From: a virus
DNA: 64,000 nt
Virus record (IMG/VR): IMGVR_UViG_3300048687_000087
Coordinates: 1-64,000 of that record
Direction: 5' to 3' (one strand)
The translations under genes and the position numbers were made by a program. The notes below the pieces were generated by a model. The model was not told the DNA's origin, did no database searches, and was given only the letters and a program-made list of their open reading frames with translations. Positions 10,238 through 16,404 of the stretch are shown here, piece by piece. The stretch's first letter is position 1. Each line of letters opens with the position of its first letter.

Positions 10238-10766
10238 TCGGGACCTCGATCTCGTAGTGGAGGCGGCGAGGCGCCTTCATGACCATGACCTGCACTTCGT
10301 ATGGACTCCCGTCTTCGGTGGATGTCGTGCGCAGCAGGTGGAGCACGCTCGCGCCTTCCGGCAGGTTGAGGGCGGATCGCTCGAACTCGTCGGCGGAGCG
10401 AAACTCCAGGTCCTCCGCGACATGGCGGGGTCGGTAGCCGAGCTCGGCAAGGAGAGTGGGCGCGCCACCCTTGATCTTCCGGTGCTCGGCCAGGCCGGTG
10501 CCGGTGGCGAGTTCGGCCGGGTAGTAGGAGTCGGCGAGCTCGATGACCGCCTTGTCCAGCAGGATCGACCGCCGGCGGACGACCGCCGTACCGCCCTCCG
10601 GCAGGTCGAGCGCTTCGCTCACCGCTGCAGGTGGGGTCACTTCTGTGACCTCGGTGAGGTGCTGTCCACCGCGCTGCTTCGCCTCTTCAGTCCAGGCGTC
10701 GGCCTGGCCCGTTTTGCGGGCGGTGACGTAGGCGAGCGAGTCGGATGTGCGCTGCTTATCGGCCAT
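10230..10766 (-). CDS. Stand-alone UTRA-domain protein
   Basis: Paralogous to the UTRA half of the adjacent GntR (SYYPAELATGT.LA); no HTH. Confidence 0.8.
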   Translation of the reverse strand: MADKQRTSDSLAYVTARKTGQADAWTEEAKQRGGQHLTEVTEVTPPAAVSEALDLPEGGTAVVRRRSILLDKAVIELADSYYPAELATGTGLAEHRKIKGGAPTLLAELGYRPRHVAEDLEFRSADEFERSALNLPEGASVLHLLRTTSTEDGSPYEVQVMVMKAPRRLHYEIEVPNA

Positions 10767-10875
10767 CTCTGGCGCTTCCCCTCCTGCTGGCGATGTTCCC
10801 TCTGACCTCCCCAACCTTAAGCCCTTGATGATTACGCCTGCCTGTCGCTCCTTGGCCAAATTCACGTCGCAAGGC

Positions 10876-10905
10876 TTGCTACCTTATTAGGTAAGCATGT
10901 ATACC
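10876..10905 (+). promoter_or_regulatory. Putative promoter with palindromic operator for the xis/tra operon
   Basis: TTGCTA-18nt-TATACC containing ACCT-TATT-AGGT inverted repeat, in a divergent intergenic region. Confidence 0.45.
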
Positions 10906-10940
10906 TGCTCACAGATGCGAAGCACTCAACAGGAGGCGCA

Positions 10941-11135
10941 ATGCTGCGAGTCCGAGACGTCGCAACACACTTCCGAGTGCACCCCGCGACTGTCTATCGC
11001 TGGATCCACCAGGGCTTTCTCCCTGCGTTCAGGAACGGGCAGCCGTACAAACCCGGAGATGGGGCCACCGGGGCCCTCCGGATTCCCGACTCCGTCTTGA
11101 AGTCGACGGACACTCCTATTGAGGAGGTGGCCTGA
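10941..11135 (+). CDS. Excisionase-like HTH_17 protein
   Basis: LRVRDVATHFRVHPATVYRWIHQG.LPA...LRIP. Confidence 0.85.
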   Translation: MLRVRDVATHFRVHPATVYRWIHQGFLPAFRNGQPYKPGDGATGALRIPDSVLKSTDTPIEEVA

Positions 11136-11137
11136 CG

Positions 11138-11455
11138 ATGGCCACAGCTACTCGCCCCACCGTCCCGCTTCCGTCTGCTCTCCCGGGTGTGCGTCTGACG
11201 GCGCCGCTTCCGAAGTCTGCTGTCGATGTCCTGGCTCGTCTGGAGTCGGCTCTGCCGTCCGCGATTGACGTGGCTCGCGCCGTGACGCGTTTCGAGATCG
11301 CGACCGCCCGGATCGTCGAGCTGTCTGCGGTGGATGCCCAGCATCTGTCGGGCGCGGACTTCATCGCTTTGGGCGATGCGCAGGATGCGGTGAAGGCGTC
11401 CCGCACGTTCCTGGCGCGGGTCGGCCTGCTGTGCCTGGTCGAGGAGGTCGCGTGA
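11138..11455 (+). CDS. Hypothetical protein
   Basis: GGAGG RBS, coupled operon. Confidence 0.65.
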   Translation: MATATRPTVPLPSALPGVRLTAPLPKSAVDVLARLESALPSAIDVARAVTRFEIATARIVELSAVDAQHLSGADFIALGDAQDAVKASRTFLARVGLLCLVEEVA

Positions 11456-11697
11456 TGGCTTCTCTGGCCGTGCATGAGGCGAAGGCACGTCTCGCCGAGT
11501 ACCAGTCGCGTTGTCTGGCGGAGGAGTTCGCGCAGGCTGCCTGGTCCTCGCAGTTCCCGGACGGCGCGACCCCTGATGAGCTGGCGCGCCTGGAGCGGGA
11601 CCGCGAAGGCTGGTCCCTGCTGGCGCGGGCGCACCACCGGTCGGCCCGCCACCTGAACCGTGTCCGTCGGATCAAGCGTTTGCTGGGGTGGTCGTGA
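11455..11697 (+). CDS. Hypothetical protein
   Basis: TGATG coupling. Confidence 0.6.
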   Translation: MASLAVHEAKARLAEYQSRCLAEEFAQAAWSSQFPDGATPDELARLERDREGWSLLARAHHRSARHLNRVRRIKRLLGWS

Positions 11698-11888
11698 TGG
11701 CGACCGCTGTCGAGTCCCCGGCGCGCACGGTGTTGCAGCGTTTCCCTGCGGGTGGTCCGCGTGGTTCGTGGCCGGCTGAGGAGTACGCCCAGCGTCGCCG
11801 CGACGAGGGCCAGCCGTGCGACGTGATCATGTCGCTGGCCGATGACGCGTTTCTCGTGATCGTCCGCAGTGCGCGGGCGGTGGCGTGA
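11697..11888 (+). CDS. Small AICE-associated hypothetical protein
   Basis: RFPAGGPRGSWPAEEYA motif; TGATG coupling. Confidence 0.65.
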   Translation: MATAVESPARTVLQRFPAGGPRGSWPAEEYAQRRRDEGQPCDVIMSLADDAFLVIVRSARAVA

Positions 11889-11974
11889 TGGCCGCTGAAC
11901 CGCAGCCGGCTGATGACGAGGACGACGAGATGCGGTCGTTCGCCTGGGAGTTCGGCGACCTGGACGAGGAATAG
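11888..11974 (+). CDS. 28-aa highly acidic peptide
   Basis: TGATG coupling; MAAEPQPADDEDDEMRSFAWEFGDLDEE. Confidence 0.45.
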   Translation: MAAEPQPADDEDDEMRSFAWEFGDLDEE

Positions 11975-11985
11975 CCCCCTGAACT

Positions 11986-12094
11986 GCCGCGGGCGGGGAT
12001 TCCCATCCGTTCCCCCACGGCCCCGCCCGCGGCTTCCTCCTCTGGTCTCTGGCTATGTCGGTGGCCGCATCCGACTCCCCCCAGTGGGTGCGGC
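11986..12094 (+). ncRNA. Double hairpin with C-rich loops (6C-RNA-like candidate)
   Basis: GCCGCGGGCGGGG/CCCCGCCCGCGGC stem with TCCCCC loop; GCCGCATCC/GGGTGCGGC stem with CCCCCC loop. Confidence 0.4.
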
Positions 12095-12147
12095 TTCCCG
12101 CTAGTCCAGCACCACCTCGCTTGTCCTCACTGTCTTAGGAGTTCGCT

Positions 12148-12327
12148 ATGGCCGCCCTGTTTGGTTCTTCCTCCGGTGCTCGTCGTGAGACCCGTTCCGA
12201 GCGGCGTGACCGTGACGCTCGTCTGACTTCGGCTCGGCGTGCCGCGTCGACGGCTCGCCTGATGCACGAGCTTGAGCAGGAGGGCGAGGAGCGCAGCAGG
12301 CGCTCTTGGCGCAACTACTCAAACTGA
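12148..12327 (+). CDS. 59-aa basic helical peptide (MAALF...; not in ORF track)
   Basis: AGGAG RBS, open frame to TGA. Confidence 0.6.
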   Translation: MAALFGSSSGARRETRSERRDRDARLTSARRAASTARLMHELEQEGEERSRRSWRNYSN

Positions 12328-12383
12328 CCGTCCGCCAGTCCAGCTCCACCTCACTGTTTCTGCGCCCTGAGAGGACCTCGCTC

Positions 12384-12800
12384 ATGACTTCGCCCGAGAC
12401 CGTCCGCTACACCGCTGACGTGGTCGTCACCACGACTGACGGGTACGTCCTGCTGATCGAGCGTGGCTGGGATCCGTTCAAGGGGCAGTGGGCGTTGCCC
12501 GGCGGGCATGTCGACTCCGGCGAGACGAGTCGCGACGCCGCGGTTCGGGAGCTTGCCGAAGAGGTCAGCGTGTACGCGGCGCCGGGGGAGCTGGAGCAGG
12601 TCGGCGTTTTCGACCGGCCCGACCGTGACCCGCGTGGCAGGTACGTCACCGTCGCCTACCACCTGACTGTCATCGCTGGCACGCCCGCCGAGGCGGGCGA
12701 TGACGCGGTCACTGCCCAGTGGTGGCCCCTGAGTCACCTGCCGCCGCTTGCGTTCGACCACGCCGACATTGTCGGCGCTGTGTCGGCATCGGCTTCGTGA
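12384..12800 (+). CDS. Nudix hydrolase (pSAM2 Pif-like)
   Basis: Nudix box GGHVDSGETSRDAAVRELAEE; RDPRG and LAFDH motifs. Confidence 0.92.
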   Translation: MTSPETVRYTADVVVTTTDGYVLLIERGWDPFKGQWALPGGHVDSGETSRDAAVRELAEEVSVYAAPGELEQVGVFDRPDRDPRGRYVTVAYHLTVIAGTPAEAGDDAVTAQWWPLSHLPPLAFDHADIVGAVSASAS

Positions 12801-12867
12801 GAACGCGCAACACCCCCGCCAGTCCACGTCTGTCAACTTCTGCGACCTGAAAGGCCCCGTGATTTTC

Positions 12868-13107
12868 ATGTCTCCGTTCTTGTTCGATGCCGATCTGGGT
12901 GTCACCGATATGGGCCGTAAGGCGCGTGCGCTGGTGTCGGTTGCAGATGTCGGCGACTCCTACGCCGCCCAGCTGATCTCCGAGTTCCTCGCGGCTCGCG
13001 CTAACGGGCAGCTGGGTCTCATGCAGTTGATCCGCGAGCACGCGGCTGCTGTGGACCCCGACCTGGTCGCGGAGCTCGACGGCTTCGACTACCCGGCGGC
13101 TGCGTGA
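12868..13107 (+). CDS. Hypothetical protein
   Basis: Coupled to downstream gene; start uncertain. Confidence 0.55.
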   Translation: MSPFLFDADLGVTDMGRKARALVSVADVGDSYAAQLISEFLAARANGQLGLMQLIREHAAAVDPDLVAELDGFDYPAAA

Positions 13108-13508
13108 TGGCTGCTGTGGAGATCGTGTCGTTCGGGTTCCTACATGGCCCGCTCGCCGGCGAGGACGGTGAGCCGCTGCCGGTGGACGTGACCGTCGATC
13201 TGCGCCGTCACTTCCGTGATCCGCATGTGTCGCCGGAGCTGCGCTACATGACGGCGGATGACGAGCCGGTCCGCGTAGCGGTCATGGGCACGCCGGGGGT
13301 CGCGGTGCTGGTGGCGGCGACGGCCGCGGCGGTGGAGGCGTTCACCTTGGGTCCGTCCGCCGGGCCGGTTCTGGTCGCGGACGGGTGTGCGGGCGGACGG
13401 CATCGCGCCCCCGTGTTCGCCCGCGAGCTCGGGCGGCTGCTCACCGCCGCCGGTCACGACGTGACGGTCCGGCACCGGGACATGCACCGGCCGGTCGTTC
13501 AGCGCTGA
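13107..13508 (+). CDS. RapZ/YvcJ C-terminal-domain-like protein
   Basis: SFGFLHG, DLRRHFRDPH, GCAGGRHRA, VRHRD motifs. Confidence 0.8.
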   Translation: MAAVEIVSFGFLHGPLAGEDGEPLPVDVTVDLRRHFRDPHVSPELRYMTADDEPVRVAVMGTPGVAVLVAATAAAVEAFTLGPSAGPVLVADGCAGGRHRAPVFARELGRLLTAAGHDVTVRHRDMHRPVVQR

Positions 13509-13511
13509 ACA

Positions 13512-13561
13512 GCCTCGATGGTCGCAAGGCCGGGTTCGACTCCCGGCCGGGGCACGCACCA
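13512..13561 (+). repeat. Type-A tRNA-like element A1
   Basis: GCCTCGA-11nt-CCGGG TTCGACT CCCGG-CCGGGGC-ACGCACCA. Confidence 0.75.
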
Positions 13562-13588
13562 ATCCACCAACTCACAGAGGAGCAGGAC

Positions 13589-13795
13589 ATGGGACGCAAC
13601 AACACGACCTCCGCCAACCACGCTGGCGACATCGGCGACGGCGACAACGTGATCTCCGGCGTCAAGGGGTCGGTGGCACTGAACGGTGACGTCCACAACA
13701 ACACAAGCGAGAGCACCGGCCAGCGCACCGTCTCCGGCAAGGACAGGACCGTGGTCAAGGGCGACAACACCGCCACCATCTCCCGCAGCTTCTGA
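13589..13795 (+). CDS. 68-aa G/N/D/S/T-rich peptide, amyloid-motif-like
   Basis: GAGGAG RBS; DNVISGVKGSVALNGDVHN...TVVKGDN. Confidence 0.7.
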   Translation: MGRNNTTSANHAGDIGDGDNVISGVKGSVALNGDVHNNTSESTGQRTVSGKDRTVVKGDNTATISRSF

Positions 13796-13838
13796 CCCGC
13801 ACCACCCCAACCCATTCATTGACACGAAGGAGCACGTC

Positions 13839-14045
13839 ATGCCCGGAGCCCGTCATTCTCTCGGCGCCACGACCAGCAGCCTGAAGGCCGAGATTGAGGC
13901 CGACGTCGCTGCGAACCGCGGCGCCCAGCGCGACATGGAGGCCGCCGGCAACCAGGCGATGGCCGCCCGCATGGGTGCCGCCGCCGACGAGTCGCTCGAC
14001 GAGCTGAACGACTTCAAGGCAGGCAAGTGGAGCCCCCGCCCCTAA
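13839..14045 (+). CDS. 68-aa helical microprotein
   Basis: AAGGAG RBS. Confidence 0.7.
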   Translation: MPGARHSLGATTSSLKAEIEADVAANRGAQRDMEAAGNQAMAARMGAAADESLDELNDFKAGKWSPRP

Positions 14046-14053
14046 CCCGTTCG

Positions 14054-14085
14054 CCTGCAGTTCGAGCAGGCCGAGGCACGCACCA
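14054..14085 (+). repeat. Type-A tRNA-like element A2 (5'-truncated)
   Basis: CCTGC AGTTCGA GCAGG-CCGAGGC-ACGCACCA. Confidence 0.65.
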
Positions 14086-14113
14086 ACACCACTACCAATC
14101 TGAGGAGTTCGAA

Positions 14114-14293
14114 ATGGCGTATGAGAACCGGTCCAGTGAGCAGCTCAGGTCCAGCATTCAGAGCGCGGCCGAGGAGGGCCAGTTCCGGTCGTCCATCGGC
14201 GACAAGGTCGCGGAGGACGAGGCGCACCGCACGATCGACCGCCGCCTGGACGAGCTGGAGCGGCGTGGCGATCTGACCTCGGACGGCCGCTGA
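14114..14293 (+). CDS. 59-aa helical microprotein
   Basis: GAGGAG RBS. Confidence 0.7.
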   Translation: MAYENRSSEQLRSSIQSAAEEGQFRSSIGDKVAEDEAHRTIDRRLDELERRGDLTSDGR

Positions 14294-14299
14294 CAGCCA

Positions 14300-14356
14300 G
14301 CCCCGGCATCGCTGCCGTGAGGGCGCCGCATCGGATGCGGTCCGGGGCGCGCACCA
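14300..14356 (+). repeat. Type-A tRNA-like element A3
   Basis: GCCCCGG-CATCGCTGCCGTGAGGGC-GCCGC ATCGGAT GCGGT-CCGGGGC-GCGCACCA. Confidence 0.75.
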
Positions 14357-14385
14357 TCTCCAGCCCCTTCTTTGAGAGGAAGCAC

Positions 14386-14601
14386 ATGGCCACACATCGC
14401 GCGAAGCACAGCGGGGTTTCCAACACGGGCTCGATGCAGGGCGTCACGTTCGAGCCCGGCGACAACGACGACGACACCGGCCGTGGTTCGTCGTCCGGCG
14501 GCGGGATCACGAACTCCGGCGTGATGCACAACGTCGTGGTCACGTCCGGCGACAACAACGTCGCCACCAACACCGAGACGACCGTCTACCGCCGCCGCTG
14601 A
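14386..14601 (+). CDS. 71-aa peptide with two 18-aa pseudo-repeats, amyloid-motif-like
   Basis: GAGAGGA RBS; GVSNTGSMQGVTFEPGDN / GITNSGVMHNVVVTSGDN. Confidence 0.7.
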   Translation: MATHRAKHSGVSNTGSMQGVTFEPGDNDDDTGRGSSSGGGITNSGVMHNVVVTSGDNNVATNTETTVYRRR

Positions 14602-14652
14602 GCCTGCCCGCAACCCGATCCGCCCGCTACAACTCCTGACTCCCGCACCACC

Positions 14653-14708
14653 GCCCCGGTTTCCAGCCGTGAGGGCGCCGGGTCGACTCCGGCCCGGGGC
14701 ACGCACCA
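14653..14708 (+). repeat. Type-A tRNA-like element A4
   Basis: GCCCCGG-TTTCCAGCCGTGAGGGC-GCCGG GTCGACT CCGGC-CCGGGGC-ACGCACCA. Confidence 0.75.
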
Positions 14709-14738
14709 TCCCAACCCACCCGAACGGAAGGAAGATCC

Positions 14739-14912
14739 ATGTCCCGGAAGACTGACAAGGAGTGCGCTCAGCAGGCAGTCGCTGCGGCGATGGCCGGCGA
14801 GACCCCAGCTGTCACGAAGCGACTGATCGAGTCCTCGATGACGCGCGACGAGATGGCACGCGGATCCGCGTACATCGCCTCTGGCCAGAAGGTCACCGGC
14901 AAGGGCCGCTGA
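14739..14912 (+). CDS. 57-aa microprotein (not in ORF track)
   Basis: GGAAGGA RBS; MSRKTDKECAQQAVAAAMAG... Confidence 0.65.
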   Translation: MSRKTDKECAQQAVAAAMAGETPAVTKRLIESSMTRDEMARGSAYIASGQKVTGKGR

Positions 14913-14930
14913 ACCTACCCGCAGCCCGAT

Positions 14931-14990
14931 CCGCCCGTCTCGAACGGGCGGTGAGGAGACCGGACAGTCCGGCACCCAACCCGAGAGGAA
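14931..14990 (+). repeat. Type-B double-hairpin element B1
   Basis: CCGCCCGT ctcga ACGGGCGG, TGAGGAGA, CCGGA cag TCCGG, CCGAGAGGA. Confidence 0.65.
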
Positions 14991-14995
14991 CCCTG

Positions 14996-15184
14996 ATGGC
15001 CCTGTTCAAGAAGTCCCCTGAGGTCGCCGCCCTGCGTGAGGCCGATGCTGCTCTGCACGCGAACCAGCGGCGTGAGGAAGCGGCCGGCATCGACTACGAG
15101 ACGCCGGAGTACAAGCGCCTCAACGCCGCGGCGAACGAGGCCGCCGACAAGGTGTCCCGCTGGCGCGGCGGCAACAAGCGCTGA
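14996..15184 (+). CDS. 62-aa microprotein (MALFKK...)
   Basis: GAGAGGA RBS. Confidence 0.7.
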   Translation: MALFKKSPEVAALREADAALHANQRREEAAGIDYETPEYKRLNAAANEAADKVSRWRGGNKR

Positions 15185-15195
15185 CCGGCTGCCCG

Positions 15196-15271
15196 CCGGG
15201 CCCGTCTCGCACGGGCCCGGTCGAGGGGAGCCGGGACACCCCCGGACCACTACATGCCAATCCCGAGAGGA
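15196..15271 (+). repeat. Type-B double-hairpin element B2
   Basis: CCGGGCCCGT ctcgc ACGGGCCCGG, TCGAGGGGAG, CCGGG acacc CCCGG, CCGAGAGGA. Confidence 0.65.
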
Positions 15272-15277
15272 GTCTTG

Positions 15278-15484
15278 ATGGCCCTGTTTCGTCGAAGCCA
15301 GCCCGAAGAGCCCGAGGTGCTCGCCACGGCCGCCGAAGTGGACGCTGCGGCACGCCAGTTGCAGCAGGGAGGTAGCGATCAGCTCGCCCAGCAGCTCATC
15401 GACCGGGCCGGCCCGGACAACGAGCAGCGAGTCGGGATGGCGATCCTGTCGCGCGCCGCCGACTACGAACCGTCCGGGGAGTGA
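15278..15484 (+). CDS. 68-aa microprotein (MALFRR...)
   Basis: GAGAGGAG RBS. Confidence 0.7.
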   Translation: MALFRRSQPEEPEVLATAAEVDAAARQLQQGGSDQLAQQLIDRAGPDNEQRVGMAILSRAADYEPSGE

Positions 15485-15675
15485 GCGCCATGCCGAAACG
15501 CAAAGAGCCGCCGGTGGGCGCGTGCCCGCAGTGCTTTAACCACGTCGAGAACAAGGATCACGGGTCGACCTTCCTGGGCCTGTTCGGCGAACCGGAGTGC
15601 GCGGCGTGCACGGACCACTACAACAACGGCTGCCCCACGGTCGTGCCGCCGAAGCCGGGATTCGGCTGGTGGTGA
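15481..15675 (+). CDS. pRL2-8-like Cys/His small protein
   Basis: CPQC..H...CAACTDH..NGCP....WW pattern. Confidence 0.65.
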   Translation: MSAMPKRKEPPVGACPQCFNHVENKDHGSTFLGLFGEPECAACTDHYNNGCPTVVPPKPGFGWW

Positions 15676-15686
15676 CCGGCTCCACC

Positions 15687-15756
15687 GCTCTCCCGCGGAC
15701 GTGTGCCGTGGGAGAGCTGTGAAGCCGGGACACCCCCGGCCCAACACCGAGAGGAA
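15687..15756 (+). repeat. Type-B double-hairpin element B3
   Basis: GCTCTCCCGCGG-7nt-CCGTGGGAGAGC, TGTGAA, GCCGGG acacc CCCGGC, CCGAGAGGA. Confidence 0.65.
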
Positions 15757-15761
15757 CTCGC

Positions 15762-15941
15762 ATGGGATCCGCAGACCGCTGGCCCGATCTCACCGGCAAG
15801 AGCTGGGCGACCAAGACCTCGACCGAGATGACTGACAGCGAAGTCAACGACGCCCGAGCCACGTTCGAGGCAGTCGGCCGCAACGACTACGAGAGCGAAT
15901 GGCTGAACCGTCACGGCCTGCCCGAGAACTACGGCGACTGA
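15762..15941 (+). CDS. 59-aa microprotein (not in ORF track)
   Basis: GAGAGGA RBS; MGSADRWPDLTGKSW... Confidence 0.65.
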   Translation: MGSADRWPDLTGKSWATKTSTEMTDSEVNDARATFEAVGRNDYESEWLNRHGLPENYGD

Positions 15942-15985
15942 CCGACTACCTAACCCATCCGTCCCGCACCAGACAGGAACCCCAC

Positions 15986-16093
15986 ATGCCCACGAATCCC
16001 CAGACCGGCAGCGAGATCGAGGTCGAGGACGACGGCGACTACACCGTCACCTTCGAGATGACGCTCCCGCCCCAGTCCGACGACGAGAAGTAG
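15986..16093 (+). CDS. 35-aa acidic peptide
   Basis: AGGA RBS; EIEVEDDGDYTVTFEM. Confidence 0.5.
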   Translation: MPTNPQTGSEIEVEDDGDYTVTFEMTLPPQSDDEK

Positions 16094-16117
16094 CCCAACT
16101 CCTGAGAGGAGGCCGCC

Positions 16118-16330
16118 ATGCGGCCCCTATTGCTCCTGCTCGTGGCGGCTGTCCTCGCGCTATTCGGTAAATGCCCGGAAGCTGTCACGGCCCTCGGTGC
16201 TACGGCCGGCCTCATCTTCGGAGGCCTCCTTCACGTACTCGCCGAGCCCGCCCTCCTCGCCGCCATCGGCGCCGGCCTGGCCATCACCGTCATCCGCGCC
16301 GGACGGGCGCACGCACGAGAGGCCCATTGA
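16118..16330 (+). CDS. Small membrane protein (Spd-like)
   Basis: GGAGG RBS; hydrophobic helices. Confidence 0.65.
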   Translation: MRPLLLLLVAAVLALFGKCPEAVTALGATAGLIFGGLLHVLAEPALLAAIGAGLAITVIRAGRAHAREAH

Positions 16331-16404
16331 TGCGCGCGCTCTACCTGCTCGCCATGTTCTTCCCGCTGATCCTGCTCGCCTTCCTCCTCGGACGAGGTTT
16401 CTAG
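16330..16404 (+). CDS. 24-aa hydrophobic peptide
   Basis: TGATG coupling; MRALYLLAMFFPLILLAFLLGRGF. Confidence 0.45.
   Translation: MRALYLLAMFFPLILLAFLLGRGF

Noticed and set aside
13512-14708. Genuine tRNA genes
   Set aside because: Only 11-18 nt lie between the acceptor strand and T-arm, with no D or anticodon arm; too short to be functional tRNAs
13509-16093. CRISPR array
   Set aside because: Repeats are degenerate, spacing is hundreds of bp and protein-coding, and no cas genes are present
13509-16093. Classical integron with attC sites
   Set aside because: No IntI-type integrase nearby and no RYYYAAC...GTTRRRY ends bounding the hairpins
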